A stretch of DNA of 37,917 nucleotides from a virus (lineage: Duplodnaviria > Caudoviricetes): positions 1-37,917 of the IMG/VR virus record IMGVR_UViG_3300049982_000039, one strand, 5' to 3'. The number at the start of each line of letters is the position of its first letter. The first letter of the stretch is position 1. Of this stretch, positions 15,668-25,968 are shown one piece after another. The notes below the pieces were generated by a model. It was not told where the DNA came from. It made no database searches and saw only the letters and a list, made by a program, of their open reading frames with translations. A program made the position numbers and the translations under genes.

Positions 15668-17369
15668 CTACGTCCAGATTGCGATCGACTACGCGCAGGC
15701 CGCGGTCGATGACAAGGATAGAAAGCGGTTCGGGAAATGGGTTCGTCTCGCCGCAAAGCGGTTCCTGGAGGACTTGAAGAAGGCAAAGCGCAAGGGCAAC
15801 AGCTTTACATTCGACCCATGGCATGCGACTGATGCCTGCGACTTCATTGAGAAGCTGCCACACGTAGAGGGAGAGTGGGACACCGAAAACGTGGTGCTGC
15901 ATGCCTCGCATGTGTTTTTCGTGGTGAACCTGTTCGGCTTCAGGAACCAAGACGGGACACGGCGCTTTACGACCGCCCTGTTCGCTGTAGCGCGGAAGAA
16001 TGCCAAGTCGTTTCTTTGCTCGGCGATCCTACTTTATTGCTTCTGCTGCGAGAAAGAGAACGGGCCCCAGGTCATCAGCGCAGCGACGACCGGCTCGCAG
16101 GCGCGGATTGTTTTCAACGTCGCCAAGCGAATCGTCGAAAAGGTCGCCGATCTGCGAGAAGCATTCACCCTGGAGCCGTTTGCAAACGCCATTGCCCGGT
16201 ATGAAGTGGGCGGCACATTCAAGCCGATCAATGCCAAGGCATCAACACAGGATGGTTTGAACCCGTCGCACTGCGGCATTGATGAGATTCACGCACACAA
16301 GACGCATGACCTGCTGAATGTCCTGAAGTCGGCCGCCGGCGCGCGCAAGAATCCGCTGTTCCTCTACACCACGACCGAGGGCTACGAGAGCCCTGGACCG
16401 TGGGGCGAGATCCGGCACTTTGCCAAGCAATTACTGGAAGGCCTGGTCGAAGCAGATCACTTCCTGGCTGTGTACTTCGCTCTTGATGACGAGGACAAGG
16501 CGGAGGAAATCACCGCCGATGACGACTTTGATGAGTCGAAGTGGATCAAGGCCAACCCCTTGATGGAGGTGAACCCGCTTCTGCTCAAGGAAATCCGCAA
16601 AGAGGCTATCGAAGCGAAGTCGATGCCCGGCCGGCACGCTGAATTCAAGATCAAGCGGCTCAATCGGCCTTCGGCGGCGGCCGGGGGGTGGGTCAACTTA
16701 GTTAAATGGAAGGCCTGCAAAGGGGCGGTCGACCTTGAATGGCTGCGCCAATATCCCTGCTGGGGCGGACTGGATCTGGCGAGCACGCGAGATTTGACCT
16801 CGTTCCGACTGGTTTGGCCAGTTGAGGGTGTGCTGTACACGCACGGATGGCGATTCGTGCCGGCGGCTGCGGTTCATGGCCGCACCGAGCGCGGACTCGT
16901 GCCTTACCAGGCGTGGGTTCAAGCCGGCTATTTGATTGAATCCGGGCTGGAAGTCACTGACTACGACGCGGTTGAGCAATGCGTTCTGGGCGCGAAGGCG
17001 AATTTCAATCTGCAAATGATTGGCTTCGACGCGTGGAATGCGAAGCAGCTGGTGCAGAAACTAAAGGGCGCTGAAGTGCCGATGCAGGAATTCATTCAGG
17101 GGCCGAAGAGCTATCACCCTGCAATGCAGGCGCTTGAGCTTGCGTATGTGGGCGGAAATTTCTGCCATGGCAATGATCCCGTTCTGAATTGGTGCGCGTC
17201 GAACCTGATTGCACGGACGGATGCCAACATGAACACCGCGCCAGACAAAAAGAAGGCGCCCGAAAAGATCGATGACATGGCGGCGCTGCTGATGGGTATC
17301 GGCACCATGCTGCAATCCGAAGCTGAGGCCGATCTGGACGATTTTTTAAATAACCCGATAAGAGCATAA
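15612..17369 (+). CDS. terL: Terminase large subunit (start uncertain)
   Basis: ARKNAKS Walker A, IDEIH Walker B, GLDLAS and KIDD nuclease motifs. Confidence 0.95.
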   Translation: MAKRTKETSSQITESGQRNYVQIAIDYAQAAVDDKDRKRFGKWVRLAAKRFLEDLKKAKRKGNSFTFDPWHATDACDFIEKLPHVEGEWDTENVVLHASHVFFVVNLFGFRNQDGTRRFTTALFAVARKNAKSFLCSAILLYCFCCEKENGPQVISAATTGSQARIVFNVAKRIVEKVADLREAFTLEPFANAIARYEVGGTFKPINAKASTQDGLNPSHCGIDEIHAHKTHDLLNVLKSAAGARKNPLFLYTTTEGYESPGPWGEIRHFAKQLLEGLVEADHFLAVYFALDDEDKAEEITADDDFDESKWIKANPLMEVNPLLLKEIRKEAIEAKSMPGRHAEFKIKRLNRPSAAAGGWVNLVKWKACKGAVDLEWLRQYPCWGGLDLASTRDLTSFRLVWPVEGVLYTHGWRFVPAAAVHGRTERGLVPYQAWVQAGYLIESGLEVTDYDAVEQCVLGAKANFNLQMIGFDAWNAKQLVQKLKGAEVPMQEFIQGPKSYHPAMQALELAYVGGNFCHGNDPVLNWCASNLIARTDANMNTAPDKKKAPEKIDDMAALLMGIGTMLQSEAEADLDDFLNNPIRA

Positions 17370-17378
17370 GACAAACTC

Positions 17379-18626
17379 ATGGCGATATTCCTGAATACCT
17401 TTCTCGGCTGGTTTGGCCGGGGCGGAGCCATGGGCGAAAGCACGGGGCAGCAAAACCCGGTGCCGAGCACCGCTCTAATTTCGGATACCGCGAACATCGG
17501 ACCGGATGGCGCCCTACAGATCAGTACCGTATGGGCCTGCATAGAACGACGGGCAACGACGATCGCGAGCCTTCCGTTCTTCGCCTATCAGCAATTGCCC
17601 AACGGACAAAAGGAACTGGCTCGCACGTCGCGTCTTTACTCGCTGCTGCACGACTCGCCGAACAGCCGGATGACGCCGTTCGAATTCTGGCGGGCCATGC
17701 TGATGAATCACGACCTCCGGGGCAATGGCTATGCGCGGATAGACCGGGACGACAGCGGTGAAGCAATCGCCTTGTGGCCGATGCCGGCAGACCAGACAAA
17801 TCCGTATGTGCTGGATGATGGCTCGATGGTCTACCAGTACCGCATCGGAAACGATGTCGCCATTCTGGCTGCTGAAAATGTCCTGCACTTGAAGAACCTC
17901 GGCAATGGCACGGTCGGACTGTCCAAGCTCGAATTCATGCGCGCAAGTACTGACGAGGCCGCGAAGGCGCAGGCTTCGGCCAGCAAGCTGTTCGGCAGCA
18001 GCGGCAAGCCTACCGGCGTGTTGATGATCGACAGGGTGATCACCAAGGAGCAGCGGGCGAAGATCAATGAAAACTTCGCTGAGATGGCGAACGGCTCCAC
18101 GTCGCGCCTCTATGTCCTCGAAGCCGACATGAAATATCAGCAGCTCAGCATGACGCCGGAAGATCAGCAGCTGCTCGAAACCCGAAAGCTGTCGGTGGAG
18201 GAATTCTGCCGGTGGCTGGACGTGCCTCCGGTGCTGGTGCATCACTCGAACGTCACGACGTGGGGCAGTGGCATCGAGCAGATCGTCGACGGCTGGCACA
18301 AGCTGTCGATCCGACCGATGCTGGTCTCCATTGAGCAGGCAGTGCGCAAGCGCGTCATGACACCTCGACAGCGCGCGACCATGTCAATCGAGTTCAACTT
18401 GGATGCGCTCTTGCGCGGCAATCCGAAGGACCGGGCCGAGCTGTATGCGAAGCTCGTCCAAAACGGCGTCATGGATCGCAACGAGGCCCGGCAATTAGAA
18501 AACCTGCCGCCGCGGACGGACGCCGGCGAGCTTACTGCGCAATCGAACCTGGTTCCCTTGCGCTTACTTGGAAAAGTTTCAAACGGAGGCAGCAATGTTG
18601 CTACGCAAGACCCTATCGCTAACTGA
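17379..18626 (+). CDS. Portal protein, HK97 family
   Basis: ISTVWACI, PNSRMTPFEFW, LRGNGYA, NEARQLENLPP. Confidence 0.95.
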   Translation: MAIFLNTFLGWFGRGGAMGESTGQQNPVPSTALISDTANIGPDGALQISTVWACIERRATTIASLPFFAYQQLPNGQKELARTSRLYSLLHDSPNSRMTPFEFWRAMLMNHDLRGNGYARIDRDDSGEAIALWPMPADQTNPYVLDDGSMVYQYRIGNDVAILAAENVLHLKNLGNGTVGLSKLEFMRASTDEAAKAQASASKLFGSSGKPTGVLMIDRVITKEQRAKINENFAEMANGSTSRLYVLEADMKYQQLSMTPEDQQLLETRKLSVEEFCRWLDVPPVLVHHSNVTTWGSGIEQIVDGWHKLSIRPMLVSIEQAVRKRVMTPRQRATMSIEFNLDALLRGNPKDRAELYAKLVQNGVMDRNEARQLENLPPRTDAGELTAQSNLVPLRLLGKVSNGGSNVATQDPIAN

Positions 18627-19293
18627 CGTCAACCTGAAGATGGACGGCGATGCCGGGAAGTTTTCCGGATATGCATCGGTCTTCGGTGGCGTCGATTCCT
18701 ACGGCGACACGATCGTCAAGGGCGCATTCGAATACACCCTGAAAAACAACGGCAAACCGAAGATGTTCCTGGAGCATTCGTGGGCCTACGCATCCGGCCC
18801 GGCCGCGCTGCCGATCGGGAAATTCAATGTCGCCAAGGAAGATGATCACGGACTGTATGTCGAGGGCGAACTGACGCCCGGCATGAGCCTGTCGGCGGAC
18901 GTGCATGCAGCGATGAAGCACGGCACGCTCGACGGCCTGTCCATCGGCGGCTACGTCAAGAAAGGCGATTACGACGAAACCGAAAAGGGTCGCGTCATCC
19001 GGCGCTGGAGCAATCTGGTCGAGATTTCGCCGGTGGTTTTCCCGGCGGACGGCTCGGCCCGCATCGACCTGTCGACGGTGAAGTCGGCCGAGTTCGAAGA
19101 CGAGATTGCACACATCGAAACAATCAGAGATTTTGAATACTTCTTGCGGGATGCAAGCGGGTTCAGCAAAGGGGCGGCGCAAGCGTTGACCGCCCGCGTG
19201 AAGGCCTTGTTCAACCTGCGGGACGCGGAAGAACAGGACGAAGCGAAGCATGCGGCCGAGATTCTGGAACGACTCCAGAAGATGGCCGCATAG
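18595..19293 (+). CDS. Prohead protease, HK97 family
   Basis: FSGYASVFGGVDSYGD, GLSIG, EISPVVFPA; GGAGG RBS. Confidence 0.95.
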   Translation: MLLRKTLSLTDVNLKMDGDAGKFSGYASVFGGVDSYGDTIVKGAFEYTLKNNGKPKMFLEHSWAYASGPAALPIGKFNVAKEDDHGLYVEGELTPGMSLSADVHAAMKHGTLDGLSIGGYVKKGDYDETEKGRVIRRWSNLVEISPVVFPADGSARIDLSTVKSAEFEDEIAHIETIRDFEYFLRDASGFSKGAAQALTARVKALFNLRDAEEQDEAKHAAEILERLQKMAA

Positions 19294-19313
19294 ACGCGCA
19301 TTCCGCAAATACA

Positions 19314-19338
19314 GGCCGCCACTTAGGCGGCTTTTTTT
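19314..19338 (+). terminator. Intrinsic terminator-like hairpin before the capsid gene
   Basis: GCCGCC/GGCGGC stem plus T tract. Confidence 0.7.
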
Positions 19339-19356
19339 ATTCCCGAAAGGTTAAAA

Positions 19357-20520
19357 ATGTCCGAAGCAATCATGAAAGCACTCGACTCGGTCGAGATGAA
19401 ACTGAAGTCGATGTCTGAAAAGGCAGACGGCGAACTCGCTACGTTGGGCAAAGTCACGGCGGACACCAAAGCCGCAATCGACGCAATTGGTGTCGAGCAG
19501 CGCGTTCTGGCCGACCGTATGCTGCAGCTGGAGCAGAAAGGCGCCGCCCGCGGTCCGGACGAAAAGACTGAGGAAAGTTGGGGCTTGCAGTTCACGAAGT
19601 CCGAGCAGTTCAAGGCGTTTGCTTCTGGCAACCTGCAAAAAGCACGTGTGGAAGTGAAAAACACGGTGACTAATACAGTAGGAAACACGTTTAGCGATCG
19701 CAAGCCCGCGATTGTTGGCGGCGCCTTCCGTACCCTGACCCTCGAAGAGTTGTTTGTCAGTCTGCCGACCAGCTCGAACGCTGTCGACTACGTACGCGAG
19801 AACGTGTTCACGAATAGCGCCGCGGAAACCGCTGAGGGCGCGGCCAAGCCGGAAAGCGCGGTCACCACGACGCCGATTACAGAGCCCGTTGCGACCGTCG
19901 CACACTGGATCAAGATCAGCCGCCAGCTCGCGGCGGACAACGCCGCACTGGCTGCATACATCAACTTGCGTATGCGCTATGGCGTCGATCTGCGCGTTGA
20001 GAACCAGATCATCAACGGTAACGGCACTGCGCCAAACATGTCCGGCATGCTGAAAACGGGCAATTTCACCGCTCATGGCTATACCGCGGCAAGCTTGACC
20101 ACGCGGTTCGGCGCCGGCTACACCCGTCTGGACCTGCTCCGTGCCGTCATTGCCGACTGCATGACCAGCGACTATCCCTGCGACGCGATCATCCTCAACC
20201 CGGTGGATTGGGCGACTATCGAAACCCTGAAGGATTCGCAGGGCCGTTACATCATCGGCAATCCGAACGACGGTTCCGCACCGCGCGTATGGAAAAAGCC
20301 GATTGTTGAGTCGAACGCAATTGGTGCGGATCAGTTTATCGCCGCAAGCCTGATGAACGCCGCAACGTTCTATAACCGGGAAGGCGTAGTGGTGGAGGTG
20401 TCCGAATCGGATAGCGACAACTTCACCAAGAACCTGGTGACCGTGCGCGCCGAGCGTCGCTGCATGCTGGCAGTCGAGCGTCCAGCGGCAATCCGCGCTG
20501 GTGATCTAACTCCGGCGTAA
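19357..20520 (+). CDS. Major capsid protein, HK97 fold with N-terminal delta domain
   Basis: AEGAAKPES, TVAHWIKISRQL, NFTKNLVTVRAERR. Confidence 0.95.
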   Translation: MSEAIMKALDSVEMKLKSMSEKADGELATLGKVTADTKAAIDAIGVEQRVLADRMLQLEQKGAARGPDEKTEESWGLQFTKSEQFKAFASGNLQKARVEVKNTVTNTVGNTFSDRKPAIVGGAFRTLTLEELFVSLPTSSNAVDYVRENVFTNSAAETAEGAAKPESAVTTTPITEPVATVAHWIKISRQLAADNAALAAYINLRMRYGVDLRVENQIINGNGTAPNMSGMLKTGNFTAHGYTAASLTTRFGAGYTRLDLLRAVIADCMTSDYPCDAIILNPVDWATIETLKDSQGRYIIGNPNDGSAPRVWKKPIVESNAIGADQFIAASLMNAATFYNREGVVVEVSESDSDNFTKNLVTVRAERRCMLAVERPAAIRAGDLTPA

Positions 20521-20573
20521 TAGAACGGGGGCTGACCGATCCGGCCGGCCCCCTTCGTTTCCATTCAATCGAG

Positions 20574-20780
20574 GTGAACATGGAACTCGTTCAAGTAGAA
20601 CTCATTACGACGGCGGTAACGGCTCGCTATGGGACGCTCACCACCGGCGACGTGCTTCGTACCGACGCGGCATTTGCAAAGCACTTGGTGGAGGACTGTG
20701 GTGCGGCCAAATACGTCACCGCGCCGAAAGAGGCTGAGGCGCCAGCCACCAAGTCCACCAAAGCAACCAAGGGTAAATAA
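20574..20780 (+). CDS. Small post-capsid protein
   Basis: GAGG RBS; basic tail; usual position after capsid gene. Confidence 0.7.
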   Translation: MNMELVQVELITTAVTARYGTLTTGDVLRTDAAFAKHLVEDCGAAKYVTAPKEAEAPATKSTKATKGK

Positions 20781-20782
20781 CC

Positions 20783-21199
20783 ATGGCAATCACCGCAGCA
20801 TTCCCGAATTCGGCAAAGCTGGAGGCATTGCAGCGCCTCTGCCCATCGGGCAACGTCTACAAAATTGCGTTGTACACCTCGGCGGCCACGCTCAGTAAAG
20901 CGACGATAACCTATTCCGCGACGAACGAAGTTGTCGGAACCGGCTACACGGCTGGAGGCGCGACGCTTTCGGGGTATTCGGCTGCGATGGATGCAGATAC
21001 TGCCGTCCTCGACTTCTCCGACCCCTCCTGGGCAAGCAGCACCATCACTGCGCGCGGCGCGACTATCTATGACAGCACGGACGGCAACAAGGTGCGTGCC
21101 GTGCTCGATTTCGGCAGCGACATCACTTCGACCAATGGCACCTTTACCGTGACCCTGCCGGCGGCGACTGCTGCGGCTGGCCTGATCCGGATCGCGTAA
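20783..21199 (+). CDS. Beta-rich virion structural protein, candidate fibre subunit
   Basis: YKIALY...EVVGTGYTAGG...DPSW..STITARGA.IY...LDFGSD..STNGTFTV pattern of small phage structural proteins. Confidence 0.7.
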   Translation: MAITAAFPNSAKLEALQRLCPSGNVYKIALYTSAATLSKATITYSATNEVVGTGYTAGGATLSGYSAAMDADTAVLDFSDPSWASSTITARGATIYDSTDGNKVRAVLDFGSDITSTNGTFTVTLPAATAAAGLIRIA

Positions 21200-21696
21200 T
21201 GGACTACGCCGCTCTCAAAGCCGAGATTGAAGCGAATCCCGCGTGCTCGCCGCACGCTCATACAAATGACATGCCGCGCATCTCCTCTGCTGATGTCTCA
21301 GTCAAGGATCAAGCGATCGCCGACATCATCAATGCCGAGACCGTGGAAGTCATGGTGTCAATTCCTGTCGAGGAAGTTTTCGATGCGCTTTTCACATCGG
21401 GCGATTATTTGTCGATCAAGCAGGCTCAGATGGGCGGCAACCCGGTCGCAGCGATGTGCTTCGCCGTCTTGGATGACACAAAGCGCATCGGTCCTGGCCG
21501 CGTGAATCTCGAACTGCCGGGCACAAAAGGCTTGCTTGACCAGCTGCAGTCAGCCTCGCTGCTGACACAAGGCGGCCGGGACGCGCTGACTGCGCGCGCG
21601 ACCGTAATTAAGCGGGCATCCGAGATCAAATACGGCCGGCCTGTATCGGGCGCTGACGCCAGCCGAGCCCTGCGCGGCCCATGGGGGAATGAATAA
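21199..21696 (+). CDS. Hypothetical protein in fibre-like module
   Basis: TAATG coupling on both sides. Confidence 0.7.
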   Translation: MDYAALKAEIEANPACSPHAHTNDMPRISSADVSVKDQAIADIINAETVEVMVSIPVEEVFDALFTSGDYLSIKQAQMGGNPVAAMCFAVLDDTKRIGPGRVNLELPGTKGLLDQLQSASLLTQGGRDALTARATVIKRASEIKYGRPVSGADASRALRGPWGNE

Positions 21697-22124
21697 TGGC
21701 CAGCGTACTTAACACTCAACAAGTCCAGTGGGCGGCGGCGGACAGCAAGACCGTCGCCGCCAACACGATCCAATGGTCAGATGCGATCACGCTTAATGTG
21801 GAAGATTGGGACGGCTCTTTGCAGGTCAGCGCGGATAACGCCGGAACTGCTGCGGCCGGCGATACGTGCGATGTGTATATCGGTTGGAGTAATGGCGACG
21901 TTCTCGGGGATACCGGGAACGACTTCGACACGGATGAGCATGCGGAGTTTGTAGGCAGGCTTGATACCTATGCGACAAACTCTCCTGGAGAAGATCCGGC
22001 TCGGAAAACATGGGATATTAATGTCTCCGGAAAAGTCGCGCTTCGCATCGGAGTCATCTGTCCGCAGGCGGCGACTCGAAACATCGCCGTGCGCGCTCGT
22101 TTGACGACGCATCGTCCTGCATAA
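21696..22124 (+). CDS. Hypothetical beta-sandwich-like protein in fibre-like module
   Basis: Coupled ORF; acidic with alternating beta pattern. Confidence 0.7.
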   Translation: MASVLNTQQVQWAAADSKTVAANTIQWSDAITLNVEDWDGSLQVSADNAGTAAAGDTCDVYIGWSNGDVLGDTGNDFDTDEHAEFVGRLDTYATNSPGEDPARKTWDINVSGKVALRIGVICPQAATRNIAVRARLTTHRPA

Positions 22125-22133
22125 AGATTCGCG

Positions 22134-23675
22134 ATGAGCTTGATTAGCCGTCGCAAGCGGGGCACACGGCAACCGCACGGGTCAATTCGGATCAATCGCG
22201 CCAATTCGCTCGGCGCGAAGGTAATCGAGTACCTGCCGCTTAATGCGTATGGTCGCGCGGTCGTATCAGGGGCAAACGTCTCGCTTGCCGCGCCGGGTTC
22301 GCTTCGTGCTAATGCTCGCGGCGTCAGCTTGCGTGCAGCAGGATCGGGAGTAGCTGCGACAGTGCCTCTCAACCTGTCGGCATACAACGCTATCAGCATC
22401 GCGTTTTTTGGTTACGTAGATGCGTACAACAACACCGACAAATTTTTCCTTGAGCTGACGTCAAACTCACAAACGACTAACGGCGGGTTTTACATCGATC
22501 CAGACTCCGGCGCGGCCGGGCGCTTTGACATAGCCGCACGTAACGCAGGCATCAGCGGGTATGACACGTTCATGGGCGCGCGGCCGGCCGCATCGTGGAA
22601 TCATTACATCGTCACGATCGACATGAGCGCAAACCTTGCGATCACGTTAACGCTCAATGGTAATAACCTCTCGTCGAGCGGCACGACACTAACCGCAGGC
22701 GTAACCGGAAATTTTGCCGATTCAACGCTTTATATCGGCGGGCGCTCCGGCGGGGTCTTCTCGTTGACCGGCGGGATTCAGGATGTGACGTTTTTTCGCG
22801 GCGTGCTTTCTCCCGTCGAAAAACGAAGGCTTTACGAAAACCCGGACCAGATAATTCAGGTGCCGGAACGCCGGGTACTTGTTGCGGCCTCTGCGCCGGC
22901 AGGCGATGCGATTGCTTACCCGGCTGGCACCACTGCATCTGGATCAACGGGTTCGGCATCCGCGAGCGGCGCAGCAAATACAAGCCCTTCTGGCATCTCG
23001 GCAGTTTCATCCATCGGCACCGCAGCCGCATCCGGTGCCACGACTGTCAATGCAACAGCGACCCCTGCCGGCGTCAGTGCCGCAGCGTCGATCGGTTCGG
23101 CAACGGGCAGTGGCGGCGCGAGCATAGCGGCTTCCGGCGTACCGGCCACAGCATCAGTTGGTACTGCCACTGCATCAGGTGCGACGGTCGTTCATGGCAA
23201 TGCTTCTGCGGCCGGGGTATCCGCCGCGAGCGCTACAGGCACAGCAGCCGCGTCCGGGCAGGCTTCCGTCACAGCGTCCGGTGTGTCCGCAACAGCATCA
23301 GTCGGCACGGCGTCAGCTACTGCCGGAACAGTCGTCCACGGAACGGCGACGCCTGCCGGTGTCAGCGCGACGGCCTCCAGAGGCGCAGCAACGGTTTCAG
23401 CGGGAGCGAATGGAAGTCCTCCCGGCGTATCGGTCCTGGCGACGATCGGCAGCCCGATTGCAAGTGGACAGATATTTGTCAGTGCGACGGCTCTACCGGC
23501 TGGCGTCATTGCGTATGCATCGACCGGAACGGCGGTCGCGTCGGATGCGTCGGCACCTGTTTATGCCCGCGCTCCCGCAGGTTCAGGCTATGCACCGCAG
23601 CGCAGCAACGTGAGCACTAGGCCGAGCAGCAATGTGAGCGCGCGACCAGCGAATATACAAAGGAATAAGAGATGA
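22134..23675 (+). CDS. ConA/LamG-like lectin domain plus Ala/Ser/Gly/Thr repeat stalk
   Basis: WNHYIVT..., LYIGGRSG..LTGGIQDVTFFRGVLS; alternating 22/26-aa repeats. Confidence 0.75.
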   Translation: MSLISRRKRGTRQPHGSIRINRANSLGAKVIEYLPLNAYGRAVVSGANVSLAAPGSLRANARGVSLRAAGSGVAATVPLNLSAYNAISIAFFGYVDAYNNTDKFFLELTSNSQTTNGGFYIDPDSGAAGRFDIAARNAGISGYDTFMGARPAASWNHYIVTIDMSANLAITLTLNGNNLSSSGTTLTAGVTGNFADSTLYIGGRSGGVFSLTGGIQDVTFFRGVLSPVEKRRLYENPDQIIQVPERRVLVAASAPAGDAIAYPAGTTASGSTGSASASGAANTSPSGISAVSSIGTAAASGATTVNATATPAGVSAAASIGSATGSGGASIAASGVPATASVGTATASGATVVHGNASAAGVSAASATGTAAASGQASVTASGVSATASVGTASATAGTVVHGTATPAGVSATASRGAATVSAGANGSPPGVSVLATIGSPIASGQIFVSATALPAGVIAYASTGTAVASDASAPVYARAPAGSGYAPQRSNVSTRPSSNVSARPANIQRNKR

Positions 23676-24208
23676 CAACAACACTCGTCACTCCGTCTGA
23701 GGAATTGCCGGTAACAGTCGAAGAGGCAAAGGACAATCTGGGAGTCATCGGCACGGACGACGATGCGCAGATTCGAATGCTGATCGCTGGCATTGTCGAG
23801 GAAACGGAAAGCTATCTCGGGCGCTCGATTATCAACAAAACATGGCGAGTCACTCTTGATGCCTTTCCAGATGCAATCGAACTCGCGAATCCGCCCATCT
23901 CGTCGGTAAGCTCGGTGCAGTACTACGATACGGATGGCGTACTGCAGACTCTTCATCCGGATGATTATTATGTCGACAGGGTGATGCTTCCCGGTTATGT
24001 AGTCCCGTCCGTCGGTAAGCGCTGGCCCTCCACTCAGTGCAGGCTCAATGCCGTGATGGTCGAATACATCGCCGGTTACGGTGAAACGTCAGCATCGGTG
24101 CCCGCCGACATACGGGCATACATTTCTGCCAAGTTGAAGGAAGAGTTCGACAACGAAAAGCCGAATCCTTACCTGATCCGAAAAATCAACGGCAAGAAGG
24201 TGTATTGA
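23672..24208 (+). CDS. Head-tail connector, gp6-like
   Basis: PVTVEEAK..L, GRSIINKTW, YIAGYG...VPADIR. Confidence 0.88.
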   Translation: MTTTLVTPSEELPVTVEEAKDNLGVIGTDDDAQIRMLIAGIVEETESYLGRSIINKTWRVTLDAFPDAIELANPPISSVSSVQYYDTDGVLQTLHPDDYYVDRVMLPGYVVPSVGKRWPSTQCRLNAVMVEYIAGYGETSASVPADIRAYISAKLKEEFDNEKPNPYLIRKINGKKVY

Positions 24209-24556
24209 ATGGACACCCCCAACCTCGACGGACGCATCACGATCGAGCAGAAAAGCGTGACCAAGGATCCCGTCTATGGATCTGAAGTCATCGGGTGGAT
24301 CGTGTTCGGCGAGACGCGCATGAAAGCCGAAGTACGGGACGCGCTTCCGACTAGATCCGAACGGGTAAATCAGGGCATTCGTGTTGCGAGCCGTCCGACG
24401 CGCGTACGCATGCGGTATCTGTCGGGCGTTACATCCGATATGCGGGTAACCATCCACGGCGACACGGACCGCGTGTGCGAAATCGTGGGCGGCCCGGCTG
24501 AGATTGGCGGGCGGCGCAAGTACCTGGAACTCGTCGTGGAAAGCTATTCCTCGTGA
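24209..24556 (+). CDS. Head closure (head-tail adaptor) protein
   Basis: LDGRITIEQ, MRYLSGVTSDMRV; synteny. Confidence 0.85.
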   Translation: MDTPNLDGRITIEQKSVTKDPVYGSEVIGWIVFGETRMKAEVRDALPTRSERVNQGIRVASRPTRVRMRYLSGVTSDMRVTIHGDTDRVCEIVGGPAEIGGRRKYLELVVESYSS

Positions 24557-25050
24557 GCCAATACAAGAACATCAAGGGCGGCGCGGAGCTGCAGAAATTT
24601 CTCACCGAGCTGCCTGTCAAGGTAGAGCGCAACATCATGCGTTCGGCATTACGTGCGGGAGCAAAGCCGATCGCGGAGGACATTAAAGCGAATGCCCCCG
24701 AAGACGAGGGCGACACTAAGAGAAGCGTTCGGGTAAGCACTCGTAGCAGGCGAGGTGTCGTGACTGCATCGGTGAAGGTCGGAGATAAAAAGGCTTGGTA
24801 TGTGCACCTCTTGGAATTTACCGGCGCGGTACCGCATAGGATCGCGGCGAAAGGCGGCGGGTTCCTGAAGTTCGCCGGCGGCCTATATAAGGCCGTCAAC
24901 CATCCGGGTATGAAAGCCAAGCCCTTCATTCGTCCCGCGCTCGACAACAGAGCGAACGACGCCATTCAAGCTGTCGGCAACCAGGTTCGCAAGCGCCTGA
25001 CGAAAGCGGGCTTGAACGCGGCGCCCGTGGAGGTAGATGATGTCCGCTGA
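24553..25050 (+). CDS. HK97 gp10-like tail completion protein
   Basis: IKGGAEL..L, ALRAGAKPI, AKPFIRPA. Confidence 0.88.
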   Translation: MSQYKNIKGGAELQKFLTELPVKVERNIMRSALRAGAKPIAEDIKANAPEDEGDTKRSVRVSTRSRRGVVTASVKVGDKKAWYVHLLEFTGAVPHRIAAKGGGFLKFAGGLYKAVNHPGMKAKPFIRPALDNRANDAIQAVGNQVRKRLTKAGLNAAPVEVDDVR

Positions 25051-25444
25051 AAAAGTGATCAACGCACTACTGAAGGCGGATGCCGATTTGGCTGCGCTCA
25101 TAGGCGACGAAATCCATGCTGGCGTCATCCCGCAGGGAACAGCATTGCCCGCGGTTGGTTATAACCACATCAGCACGATCGAACGTCCAACGGTGTCCAT
25201 GGGCGAAGCGACGACGCTTTGCACCAGCCGCATCGAAGTCGCCGTGCAGGCAAAAACCTATCCGCAGCAGAAGGCGGTATTGAAAGCGGTGCGCAAAGCA
25301 TGCCGGGCCAAGCAGGGTGTGTTCGCCGGCGTGACGGCGCATAGCGTTCTTGTCGATACCATCGGCCCCGATATACGCGACGACGATGCAAAGATTTTCA
25401 TGCAGACGCAGGATTTCATGGTCGCCTATACCGAAGTCAATTAA
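25037..25444 (+). CDS. Tail terminator, DUF3168-like
   Basis: Synteny; LPAVGYNHIS, QTQDFMV. Confidence 0.75.
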   Translation: MMSAEKVINALLKADADLAALIGDEIHAGVIPQGTALPAVGYNHISTIERPTVSMGEATTLCTSRIEVAVQAKTYPQQKAVLKAVRKACRAKQGVFAGVTAHSVLVDTIGPDIRDDDAKIFMQTQDFMVAYTEVN

Positions 25445-25462
25445 CTCGTTTTAGTTTCATCA

Positions 25463-25498
25463 GCCCGCCCGCCCCGCATTCCGCTGGCGGGTTTTTTT
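25463..25498 (+). terminator. Intrinsic terminator-like hairpin
   Basis: CCCGCC/GGCGGG stem plus T7. Confidence 0.7.
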
Positions 25499-25519
25499 AT
25501 GGAAGGAAGGTAAGTCATC

Positions 25520-25960
25520 ATGTCATTTCATACCGTAGCAACCACCACTCTCAGCGTCTCCGCTGCGGCTCCCGGAACCTACGATGCGGCCGGATACGGC
25601 GCGCTCTCATGGACTGCAATCGGAGAGCTAACCGATCTCGGCAGTGTCAAGGGCCGCTCCTATAACACGTCCACCCATGCGCCCGTAGCCTCGGCTCAGC
25701 AGACTCAAAAAAAGGGTAGCTACACGCTGCCGAACGCCGATTTTGTCTGCGCATGGGATGAAGATGATGCGGGACAGATCATCATCGAGGCTGGCTCGAA
25801 GAACAACACGGTGTATTCGTTCAAGATGGTCAAGGCAGATGGCTCGATTCGCTATTTCACCGCACAGGTGATGAGCTTTATCGAAAGCCTCGGCACCGTC
25901 GACAACGTTGTTACCGGCGCGTTCTCGTTGCTCCGTCAGACCGATTCCGTCACCGCTTAA
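25520..25960 (+). CDS. Major tail tube protein
   Basis: PGTYDAAGYGALSWTAIGE, KKGSY, DDAGQ, RYFTAQVMS; synteny. Confidence 0.8.
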   Translation: MSFHTVATTTLSVSAAAPGTYDAAGYGALSWTAIGELTDLGSVKGRSYNTSTHAPVASAQQTQKKGSYTLPNADFVCAWDEDDAGQIIIEAGSKNNTVYSFKMVKADGSIRYFTAQVMSFIESLGTVDNVVTGAFSLLRQTDSVTA

Positions 25961-25968
25961 GGATAGAC

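Noticed and set aside
17514-18299. Long antisense ORFs (also 7786-8571, 10073-10915, 18619-19308, 33513-34427 and others)
   Set aside because: Shadows of GC-rich genuine genes on the opposite strand, with no motifs
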